Notes under the pieces: generated by a model
What the model was told of the DNA's origin: nothing
The model's input: the letters and a program-made list of their open reading frames with translations, nothing else
The model's database searches: none
In this document: positions 24,925 through 32,000 of the stretch, in pieces
How the letters are laid out: every line of letters starts with the position of its first letter
Position numbering within the stretch: position 1 is the stretch's first letter
Sequence record: OP628076.1
Source: Lysinibacillus phage vB_LfM_LysYB2
DNA length: 32,000 nucleotides
Direction: 5' to 3' (one strand)
Program-made: the position numbers and the translations under genes

Positions 24925-25186
24925 GTTCATTACCTCCTTCTAATACCTCCAAAGTATCGAGTTTTTGTGCCTGCTTTTTGCTCTTACGGTCTTTCTTAAC
25001 ATCAGGCATCCATATCCTTGGTTGTTCGGTCACTACAACCTTTTCCAAGTCAACTCCTATAAACTTTAAAGTGTCGAGAAGTCTATCCTTGCCCTCTACA
25101 GTTTTTCTAAGCTCTGTGTAAGTACCGCCACTTTTATCTGATTGCCACATAATTATAAATACGCTACTCTGATTTCTCCAACTCAT
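24887..25186 (-). CDS. unknown; start uncertain (possible internal start MWQSDKSGG)
   Basis: 99 aa ORF overlapping next gene by about 40 nt. Confidence 0.6.
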   Translation of the reverse strand: MSWRNQSSVFIIMWQSDKSGGTYTELRKTVEGKDRLLDTLKFIGVDLEKVVVTEQPRIWMPDVKKDRKSKKQAQKLDTLEVLEGGNELVRTESTPQIHA

Positions 25187-25212
25187 CCTTGCGGAATCTC
25201 CCTTCTACATAT

Positions 25213-25240
25213 AGGTAAGGGGCTTTTTATCCCCTTACCT
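25213..25240. other. 10 bp perfect stem-loop abutting a middle promoter -10 element
   Basis: AGGTAAGGGG-ctttttat-CCCCTTACCT with no U tract on the minus strand. Confidence 0.75.
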
Positions 25241-25271
25241 AAAGAAACCTTTTTATGAAAAGTTTACTCTA
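25241..25271 (-). promoter_or_regulatory. candidate SPO1-like middle promoter
   Basis: Minus strand TAGAGT-N18-TTTCTTT, fits TTTNTTT. Confidence 0.6.
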
Positions 25272-25286
25272 CATATGTGATAACTT

Positions 25287-26096
25287 TTATTTTTTCCCCT
25301 CTTCTAGGACAGGAGGTTGAATTTCGGCATCTTTTAATGCTTTAATCACCCACATACGATTTATCTTTTCATCAGTCGTTTCGCGAAACTCAAGATTATT
25401 TTCTTTGGCCAGTTTTACCATAACTTCATAGGGAACTTTTTTCCAACCACTTTTTGGCGCTCTTGTACGACGTTCTCCAGGGAACACCTTCTTTCTTATC
25501 TCGATAGCAGCTCTCATACGATTAATACCAGCGTGGGAGTCTTCCTTCCAAGATAGACCAAGCGACCTAGCCAGCTCTATCACATTAGCAGCTTTACGGC
25601 GTTTCAAATCTGCAGCTAGTTCGTCCACATTAGCATAACCAAGTTCTTTTTGAAGTTTCTCAGGTTCGTTTAGAACTTCTTCCGAAAATTCTTGTTTAAT
25701 ATCACTCTGCTCAGCAGTTCTCTTCTCAACTATGCTTTCCAACTCTTCCTCTTCCTCTTCCTTTTTAAGGGAAGTTTTCGCATCTTCTTTCTCAGGCTCA
25801 TCTAGAGGTTCAAGTTTCATCTCCTCCTTCAGCTCTGCGTCGGATTCTAACGTTTTCTTTTCAATTTTAACTTCTTCAGCTTCCTTATTATCGGAAGTCT
25901 TAGCTTCAGTAGTCTCTGCAACTTTACCTTCCGTACTCTCTAAAGCAGCATTTTGTTCAGGTTGTTCAGTTTTCTCGACTTCTGTAATTCCAAGTCGCAC
26001 CATATCACGACGCGTAACTTGTTTCACACCACGATAGTCTGCGATTGCTTTGAACGTGGGAAACTCTTTACCCTCGTATACAAATACTTTTTCCAT
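25287..26096 (-). CDS. unknown acidic protein with low-complexity middle
   Basis: 269 aa; AGGAGAGGTTAAAT-ATG; long Glu/Lys-rich linker between two short folded ends. Confidence 0.8.
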   Translation of the reverse strand: MEKVFVYEGKEFPTFKAIADYRGVKQVTRRDMVRLGITEVEKTEQPEQNAALESTEGKVAETTEAKTSDNKEAEEVKIEKKTLESDAELKEEMKLEPLDEPEKEDAKTSLKKEEEEEELESIVEKRTAEQSDIKQEFSEEVLNEPEKLQKELGYANVDELAADLKRRKAANVIELARSLGLSWKEDSHAGINRMRAAIEIRKKVFPGERRTRAPKSGWKKVPYEVMVKLAKENNLEFRETTDEKINRMWVIKALKDAEIQPPVLEEGKK

Positions 26097-26263
26097 ATTT
26101 AACCTCTCCTTTTTCGACTCAGTTTACTGCAGGGTGTGCTCCCTTATCAGCTCAAGGCTTATCATAACCTTGTAAACAGGGAAAAATCAAGTAAAACCTT
26201 GAAACAAATTTTTACTGCAGCGAGTTGTCTTGGGTTTATGTAGTATTCCTCAGAGACAAGTTA

Positions 26264-26292
26264 ATCATACTATACATTAGTCCAACGGTCAA
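26264..26292 (-). promoter_or_regulatory. sigma-A-type promoter P5
   Basis: Minus strand TTGACC-N17-TATGAT. Confidence 0.82.
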
Positions 26293-26322
26293 GTCTTTTG
26301 AGCAAAGTTTTTTCAAAATAAA

Positions 26323-26346
26323 AACAGTGACTGTAGAGTCACTGTT
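26323..26346 (-). terminator. intrinsic terminator after nrdF
   Basis: AACAGTGACT-ctac-AGTCACTGTT 10 bp stem then TTTTATTTT on minus strand. Confidence 0.85.
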
Positions 26347-26355
26347 ATATCAGTA

Positions 26356-27441
26356 TTATAAGTCGTCAAACCCGTTTAAATCGCTTCCTGGTTCTTCTCC
26401 TAAAAGCTCATCAAAGGCGTTTTCTTTACTTACTTTTACATATTGTCTGTTTCTTTGTTCAAAGAAATCAGTTTTCGTGTCATCAAAATTGTCGGCGTAT
26501 GCTTTAATCCATTTCATAGAGTTTTCGTTGTACCCTTCAAAAATTTCACTCAAACCAAGAAGTCTTAACATCTTGTTTGCTCTATATTTAATGTAACCCT
26601 TCATTTCATATAAGTCTATACCATCAACGCCGTCAAGAATATGCTCACACCACAGAGTCTCTTGTTCCACAGCGTGTTCAAATTGTTCATAAACCCAAGA
26701 TGTAAACTCTGTTGTGTTTTGTTCTGGGTTCTCTCCTAGCGTAGCTCTAAACAGCTCGCTGATAAAGCGTCCATGTTTTAATTCATCTCTATTTATATAA
26801 GAAATCATAGTGGAAGTGGCTACCATCTGGTTATGACGAGCAAGGTTATAAAAGAAAGCGAATGCAGAGTAGAAAAATAGCCCTTCCATAATAGCACAAT
26901 ATACCAAGGTTTCAAGTAAGTCTCTCATGGTAGGATTATCGCTAAATCTGTTATAAATCTCCATTAAACGCTCATTACGCTTTAATATCACAGGGTTTGT
27001 ACGTCCTACTTCAAATGATTCAATCTGAGCCTTCAGACTCACCATGGATGATAGGATATATGAGTAACTATGATTATGCTCGCTCTCCTGGTCGGCTATC
27101 GTGGCCATAATTGATATTACAGAAGGGTCTGTGGCAAATTGACTAATTCTTGCCGCAATATCTGTTTGTGGTGCATCGAGAGATGACAGCATACCTCCAA
27201 GGATTTCCAAAAAGGCTTTCTGCGTCTTTTCAGGAAGAGTAGGGAATTGTTTAACATCACCTGATGTGTCAATCTCGCTTGCTCTCCAGAATAATCCACG
27301 AATCTCCTCGCGTAATTCGTAGAAATGCGGATATGGAATATCATTCCAATTCAGGATACCGCTTGCTTTTCCTCCAAACAGTGCCGTTGAGTGGTTGGGA
27401 TTCTCAGGCACTAACACCTTAACAGTTTCTAGTCTCTTCAC
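26356..27441 (-). CDS. nrdF: class Ib ribonucleotide reductase small subunit
   Basis: ADQESEHNHSYSYI, YCAIMEGLFFYSAFAFF, YINRDELKHGRF; GTG start at 27441 (MKRLETVKVLVPENPN) after AAAGGAG. Confidence 0.93.
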   Translation of the reverse strand: MKRLETVKVLVPENPNHSTALFGGKASGILNWNDIPYPHFYELREEIRGLFWRASEIDTSGDVKQFPTLPEKTQKAFLEILGGMLSSLDAPQTDIAARISQFATDPSVISIMATIADQESEHNHSYSYILSSMVSLKAQIESFEVGRTNPVILKRNERLMEIYNRFSDNPTMRDLLETLVYCAIMEGLFFYSAFAFFYNLARHNQMVATSTMISYINRDELKHGRFISELFRATLGENPEQNTTEFTSWVYEQFEHAVEQETLWCEHILDGVDGIDLYEMKGYIKYRANKMLRLLGLSEIFEGYNENSMKWIKAYADNFDDTKTDFFEQRNRQYVKVSKENAFDELLGEEPGSDLNGFDDL

Positions 27442-27871
27442 ATTTGAACACTCCTTTTGTCCAGTCCACAACCAATTCTTCTTGGCTTCCACGGGGACTT
27501 TGTTCTATTTTCAATACTGGATACTGGGTTTCATAGAACTTCCCAAGCTTAGTAGCTGCGGCACAAAACAATTCAGCGCCTCCAAATTGCGTGTCTCCTG
27601 TGCCAAAAACGTACACGACAGCTGGTTTGTAACCAACTTTAGCCACAAAACTCTTCGTTCTTTTCGGCGTTAACCCTTTGCCCCAAGTGTATGTCCCTAT
27701 AATAAACACATCATAATCACTAACAACAGGAAAGGAAGACTCACTTCCAATCCTGTATCTTGTTACGTTATGTCCGTTTTCTTGAGCTGTCTTCTCAATA
27801 ATCTCAGCAACCTCCATTGTGTTGCCACTCATAGACTCGAATGCGATTAGCACATTTAACTCGCGCACCAT
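27419..27871 (-). CDS. nrdI: flavodoxin-like NrdI
   Basis: VLIAFESMSGNTMEVAEII, IGTYTWGKG, VFGTGDTQFGG; between nrdE and nrdF. Confidence 0.88.
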   Translation of the reverse strand: MVRELNVLIAFESMSGNTMEVAEIIEKTAQENGHNVTRYRIGSESSFPVVSDYDVFIIGTYTWGKGLTPKRTKSFVAKVGYKPAVVYVFGTGDTQFGGAELFCAAATKLGKFYETQYPVLKIEQSPRGSQEELVVDWTKGVFKCEETRNC

Positions 27872-30120
27872 TCACATTCCTCTATGTTAGACGTAGTTGA
27901 ACGGACATAATAAGATGTTTTAATTCCAGAGTCCCAAATCTGAAGGTGCAAGTCTAAAAGGGCAGTAGCCTTTATATTCTTTGGAACATATATATTAAAC
28001 GAGCTAGACTGGTCGATATGACGCTGACGAGCTGCATTTTGTCTCACAGACCAACGTTGGTCAAGAATATAAGCTGAACGACGGTAGATGTTGTAAGTCT
28101 CTGGGCTCAAGTCAGGTGCGAAATTAGGGTGTTTAGAATCCTTTTTCTCGTCATAATAGAACGGCTTGAACACTGGGTCAATAGAAGCTGTAGAACCCGC
28201 TATAATGGACGTAGAGCCGTTAGGAGCTACGGCAAGCAAGTACCCGTTACGAATACCGAACTTGCCCACTTTAGCTTTTAAATCAAGCCATTCTGGGCTA
28301 TTGTAGTCACGTAACTCGAAGTACAAACCAGATTTCCAGTCACTCTCCTCAAATAATGGATAAGCGCCTTTCTCTTCAGCAAGCTCCATACTAGCAGTGA
28401 TAGTTAGGAAGTTGATTTTTTCATACAGATTATCGCAGTATTCAACAGCAGCATCACTTTCCCACTCAATATTCTCCAGAGCGAGAAGGTGGTGCCAACC
28501 AAATGTTCCCAAACCAATTCCACGGTAGCGTTCATTTGTACGTCTTGCTTGAAGAACTTCGATTGTATTCAAGTCGATAACGTTATCAAGCATACGCACT
28601 TGAATTGGGATAAGACGTTCAAGAACACCATCTGGAACAGCTCTACCAAGATTAATAGATGAAAGGTTACATACTACAAAGTCCCCAGCTTTCTTGTATG
28701 TGATTATGTCGTCACCGTCAAGAATTTGTTTGTACTGAACTGTAGGAGACATATTTTGGTCAATCTCTGTACATAAGTTTGAGCAGTAAATCATGGTGAT
28801 ACCAGTTCCGTCAGGTCGGAATCGTTTATTTGGGTTTTTACGGTTTACCTCATCACGATAGAACATAAACGGTGTTCCAGTTTCTAGCTGTGACCGCATA
28901 ATACGTGCCATAATTTGAATAGCTGGAACTTTTGTTTTTGACAATTTCTCATTGGACACGCATTCTTCATACTTCTTGCGGAACGTTCCTGAGCCTTTCT
29001 TCTCATCATAGTAGTCTTCAAGAGAGAAGCCCATCACAAGGCGAACTTCATGTGGGTCAAACAAGTACCAATCTTCACGTTTTCTGACTGCTTCCATAAA
29101 CAGGTCTGGTACACAAGTTCCTGTGAAAACATCGTGAGCGCGGTGTCGTTCATCGCCGTTGTTTAATCGTAGGTCAAGGAAAGCTAACGTGTCTACATGG
29201 AACACATCAAGATAAACAGCAATAGCACCCTTACGGCGTCCAAGTTGGTCTACGGCTACACCAGTATTATTGAGTTGTTTAATCCAAGGAACTACGCCAC
29301 CAGAAGCTCTGGGGAATCCCTTAATGGAAGACCCGCGACCACGGACTTTACCCATGTAGACTCCAATTCCTCCTCCACTTTTAGACAAAGTGGCAACGTC
29401 TGTGTTACTATTGTATATCTCTGTCAGCGAGTCATCTACTGTGTCTATAAAACAGCTAGAAAGCTGTCCATGAGACAACCCAGCGTTTGCTAGAGTAGGA
29501 GTGGCCACAGTCATATATAAGTTACTCATAGCCCAATAAGACTCTTCAACTTTTTGCAGACGGTCAACAGTCTCGTCTTGATGTAGAGTCATAGCGATAG
29601 TCAACCAACGTTCTTGTGGTAACTCGTAAGTGTTGTACTGTTTGTCAGAAGCTAAGTAACGTTTTGATAAAAGATGAAGACCAGGATAATCAAACAGTGT
29701 GTCACGTTCTGAGACAATCATAGCTTCGCATTGTTCAATTTCTTCTTTCGTATACTTGTCGAGAATAACGTTGGAGTACACTCCCAACTCAACAAGTTTA
29801 TGTTGAAGTTCGTAATAGCTGCCGTACTGCAATTCAACATCGTAACCACGGTTCTTACTAGCTTTTTTGTAGAGAGCTTGAGAAAGCGCTTTAGATGCCA
29901 CAAAAGTCCAATGAGTTTCTAACTCATCAATATTTTCCAGAGCTGTTTGTACAAGCAGCTCAGTAATTTGGTCTGATGTTATTTCCTCTTTCGCCGTAAC
30001 TAATCGCACAATCTTGTCAGTATAAGCCTGCTCAGTAACACAAAGCTTATCCTTGATAAAAGTTCGTAGTCTATTCTCATCGAAAGGCAGTTGGTCGCCG
30101 TTCTTAATAACAATTGTCAT
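27856..30120 (-). CDS. nrdE: ribonucleotide reductase large subunit
   Basis: 754 aa; TPTLANAGL, SCFIDTVDDS, LSKSGGGIG, CSNLCTEI, NLSSINLG, APNGSTSIIAGSTASIDPVF. Confidence 0.95.
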   Translation of the reverse strand: MTIVIKNGDQLPFDENRLRTFIKDKLCVTEQAYTDKIVRLVTAKEEITSDQITELLVQTALENIDELETHWTFVASKALSQALYKKASKNRGYDVELQYGSYYELQHKLVELGVYSNVILDKYTKEEIEQCEAMIVSERDTLFDYPGLHLLSKRYLASDKQYNTYELPQERWLTIAMTLHQDETVDRLQKVEESYWAMSNLYMTVATPTLANAGLSHGQLSSCFIDTVDDSLTEIYNSNTDVATLSKSGGGIGVYMGKVRGRGSSIKGFPRASGGVVPWIKQLNNTGVAVDQLGRRKGAIAVYLDVFHVDTLAFLDLRLNNGDERHRAHDVFTGTCVPDLFMEAVRKREDWYLFDPHEVRLVMGFSLEDYYDEKKGSGTFRKKYEECVSNEKLSKTKVPAIQIMARIMRSQLETGTPFMFYRDEVNRKNPNKRFRPDGTGITMIYCSNLCTEIDQNMSPTVQYKQILDGDDIITYKKAGDFVVCNLSSINLGRAVPDGVLERLIPIQVRMLDNVIDLNTIEVLQARRTNERYRGIGLGTFGWHHLLALENIEWESDAAVEYCDNLYEKINFLTITASMELAEEKGAYPLFEESDWKSGLYFELRDYNSPEWLDLKAKVGKFGIRNGYLLAVAPNGSTSIIAGSTASIDPVFKPFYYDEKKDSKHPNFAPDLSPETYNIYRRSAYILDQRWSVRQNAARQRHIDQSSSFNIYVPKNIKATALLDLHLQIWDSGIKTSYYVRSTTSNIEECEWCAS

Positions 30121-30163
30121 TTGTTCCTCACTCCTTGGGTAATTTTAGGGTATTCTCTAATAT

Positions 30164-30194
30164 AAATGAACCCTCATAAAACCTTTGTTCTCCT
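30164..30194 (-). promoter_or_regulatory. candidate SPO1-like middle promoter for nrdE
   Basis: Minus strand AGGAGA-N18-TTCATTT (one mismatch to TTTNTTT). Confidence 0.65.
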
Positions 30195-30207
30195 TCAATA
30201 CAATGAA

Positions 30208-30238
30208 AGCGTGAGGTCTTTTATTTCTACCTCACGCT
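30208..30238 (-). terminator. intrinsic terminator
   Basis: AGCGTGAGGT...ACCTCACGCT 10 bp stem followed by TTTC on minus strand. Confidence 0.7.
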
Positions 30239-30247
30239 CAACATTAG

Positions 30248-30844
30248 TCAGCTGTTTAAGTTTTTCACTATGGAAGCCTTGGGTATTGACAACAGGTCAT
30301 CGAACATTCCAATTGCCACACAGTGTTCTTTGTCTTCTAGCTCAAACGTTGTTATGAAGTAATTTCTATTTGGAAGGTCAACAATCTTGATGTGATGTTC
30401 TTGGTGTACCATGTAATAAATAGGTGAGCGATTCTTTGAGAACAATAACAGAGGAATTTTGTCTGTTTCACTAGCGTCTCTACAGCATTGAGACCACCAG
30501 TCAGTTACCAAACCAGTTCCCTTGATAATCTGTTCAAAGTTCCATCCTTCAACCTTCTTGCACTCGTTTGAGAACGGATAATCAGTTGCTTCAGCAGGAG
30601 CTACTATGTCACCTGCCACGCGGTTATCCCTCTTCCAGTGAAGCCCTCCACTCGCTGGAGTTCTATGAAATTCAGCTCCCCACCATTCAGTAAGGAGCTT
30701 TGCTGCTACTCGCTCGAACCCAGCGCCTTTAGCTCTGCTGTTCTTCCTCTTTTTGGGCTTGTTCTGCGTATCGTTCTTCTTCATTCCCTTTGTTTGGGAA
30801 GCTGACTCCGTCTTTTGTTTCGCCGTACTTTTCGCTTTCGTCAA
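30248..30844 (-). CDS. PD-(D/E)XK nuclease, Holliday-junction-resolvase-like
   Basis: SRAKGAGFERVAAKLLTEWWGAEFHRTPASGG...GDIVAP...NECKKVEGWN; AGGAGG-TAGAAGCGG-TTG start. Confidence 0.75.
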   Translation of the reverse strand: MTKAKSTAKQKTESASQTKGMKKNDTQNKPKKRKNSRAKGAGFERVAAKLLTEWWGAEFHRTPASGGLHWKRDNRVAGDIVAPAEATDYPFSNECKKVEGWNFEQIIKGTGLVTDWWSQCCRDASETDKIPLLLFSKNRSPIYYMVHQEHHIKIVDLPNRNYFITTFELEDKEHCVAIGMFDDLLSIPKASIVKNLNS

Positions 30845-31211
30845 CCGCTTCTACCTCCTGAGCCTGCACCTTCATAGATGACTCAGCTTTCTCAGCTACC
30901 TTGTCCAGTGCAGCTTGATATTCATCCTCTGTGATTATGCCTTTCTCCATAAGAAGCGTAGAGATAGCCATGATTTGTAACAAACTGACTTGAAGAGGTT
31001 CGCGCATGTAATTGACCATGTTCTGTGCTTCAACGCTGATAACCTGTTGAGCAATTTGTTGAGAAGCAGCATAAGATTCTCCACGAGTAATCATAGTGTT
31101 TTCCCACTTACGTTGTTTCTCCGCATCCTTCTCCGCTTGTTTCTGCAAACGTCTAGCTTCCTGTACGCTTACTTTCGTTTCAGTTTCATTAACAATCTCG
31201 ACTTTAGCCAT
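30729..31211 (-). CDS. unknown helical/charged protein
   Basis: 160 aa; AGGAGG-CAAATAAAAT-ATG; 3' end overlaps the nuclease gene by 116 nt. Confidence 0.75.
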   Translation of the reverse strand: MAKVEIVNETETKVSVQEARRLQKQAEKDAEKQRKWENTMITRGESYAASQQIAQQVISVEAQNMVNYMREPLQVSLLQIMAISTLLMEKGIITEDEYQAALDKVAEKAESSMKVQAQEVEAVDESEKYGETKDGVSFPNKGNEEERYAEQAQKEEEQQS

Positions 31212-31214
31212 ATT

Positions 31215-31865
31215 TTATTTGCCTCCTAAGATTAATTTTATTGGTTCAACATAACACTTGCGACAACGGGCTTCATATTGGAAGCTGTCTCCTTCAATGT
31301 TTGAGCCCACTACAATAGTTGGTTCGTACCAAAGTGAAGGATGGTCGTTGTGGAATCTTTGAATCTTTGTGGCTGGAGCACCACAAACGAAACATACAGC
31401 AGGAATCTTGTCCACAAATTCCGCTACAGCCATAAGACTAGCCATAGGCTCAAAAGGTTGACAACGATAATCCATATCAACTCCTGACACCACAACCTGA
31501 ACACCCCTGTTGGCAAGAGTTTCGCACACCTCAACCAGTTGTTGGTCAAAGAATTGTCCTTCGTCAATTCCTACTATGTCTACAGATGGGTGAATTTCTT
31601 TAAGAATTTGCTTGGATACAGCTCTTGGTTCTTTCCCTTTGTTCAACTTACAACGTATGCTATTGGCGTGAATTTCTTCTCCGTCATGGGACATTATGTT
31701 CTCCGTGGAGTATCTATTATCTATGTCTGGCTTGAAAATCATAGACCGTTTTCCTGCTATTACTTCCCGCTTTATTCTAGCCATAAGCGCAGTAGTCTTA
31801 CCAGAGTACATTGGACCAGTTATAACATGTATAAACCCTGTAGATGGGAAATAGTAACCGCTCAA
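31215..31865 (-). CDS. tdk: thymidine kinase
   Basis: VITGPMYSGKTTALM, VGIDEGQFF, GVDMDYRCQPF, CFVCGAPA, RCRKCY; TTG start. Confidence 0.93.
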   Translation of the reverse strand: MSGYYFPSTGFIHVITGPMYSGKTTALMARIKREVIAGKRSMIFKPDIDNRYSTENIMSHDGEEIHANSIRCKLNKGKEPRAVSKQILKEIHPSVDIVGIDEGQFFDQQLVEVCETLANRGVQVVVSGVDMDYRCQPFEPMASLMAVAEFVDKIPAVCFVCGAPATKIQRFHNDHPSLWYEPTIVVGSNIEGDSFQYEARCRKCYVEPIKLILGGK

Positions 31866-31889
31866 ACAATCACACCTCTTTACTTTGTA

Positions 31890-32000
31890 TTAGACGTTAC
31901 GCCCAGTGGAACCAAAACCACCTTCACCGCGTTCAGTAGCTGCTACAGAAGCTAGGAACTCTCCAAGGCTCTTATGTCCTTTAGGTTCTACTTTCTCATA
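31890..32000 (-). CDS. dut: dUTPase, C-terminal fragment (runs off right edge)
   Basis: Minus frame ...KGHKSLGEFLASVAATERGEGGFGSTGRNV*, trimeric dUTPase motif 5. Confidence 0.75.
   Translation of the reverse strand, partial: YEKVEPKGHKSLGEFLASVAATERGEGGFGSTGRNV

Noticed and set aside
26131-26220. Repeated TTTACTGCAG near P5
   Set aside because: Only two copies with no obvious structure; insufficient to call a regulatory element.
27117-27344. Minus ORF of 75 aa inside nrdF
   Set aside because: Fully nested in the strongly supported nrdF frame.
12137-30120. Possible introns, inteins or homing endonucleases in polymerase, ThyA-fold, ligase and nrdE genes
   Set aside because: These genes are common targets in SPO1-like phages, but each is contiguous here and no HNH or GIY-YIG motif was seen.
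208-31955. Many plus-strand ORFs in the supplied track (for example 4845..5094, 12993..13481, 19501..19821, 31539..31955)
   Set aside because: They lie opposite well-supported minus-strand genes, have no consistent RBS, and their translations look like antisense of coding sequence.
1-32000. tRNA genes, CRISPR arrays, transposons or integrase
   Set aside because: None recognisable by eye; a tRNAscan-SE run would be decisive for tRNAs.

Overview
This 32 kb window looks like a block of a large, virulent, SPO1-like (Herelleviridae-type) phage genome from a Gram-positive host. Every credible gene reads on the minus strand. Recognisable functions are a replication/recombination core (UDG-domain/family-A DNA polymerase fusion, 5'-3' exonuclease, ATP-dependent ligase, RecA, gp32-like SSB, UvsY-like candidate, PD-(D/E)XK resolvase-like nuclease), a TF1-like HU protein, class Ib ribonucleotide reductase (NrdE, NrdI, NrdF), thymidine kinase, the C-terminus of a dUTPase, and two divergent sigma-like proteins. 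The main system is a candidate thymidine-hypermodification cassette at about 15.4-22.6 kb. It contains a ThyA-fold candidate dUMP hydroxymethylase, a 5-hmdU-DNA-kinase-like P-loop protein, an aGPT-Pplase/HMUDK-helical-like protein, and a 641-aa ORF. That ORF seems to fuse an ADDT-like helical region to a spore-photoproduct-lyase-like barrel that lacks the radical-SAM CxxxCxxC motif. DUF1599/Nmad1-like and HAD-like genes lie nearby. I also find two promoter classes by eye: five near-identical sigma-A-type promoters (TTGACN-N17-TATNNT, strong shared flanks) and about nine SPO1 gp28-like middle promoters (AGGAGA-like, N18, TTTATTT). Other points of note are an AT-rich iteron-like intergenic region, a hairpin that overlaps a predicted transcription start, two small paralogous proteins, and a left-end membrane-protein cluster with a faint type IV secretion/conjugation-like look. 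All family assignments come from reading motifs; no database search was run.
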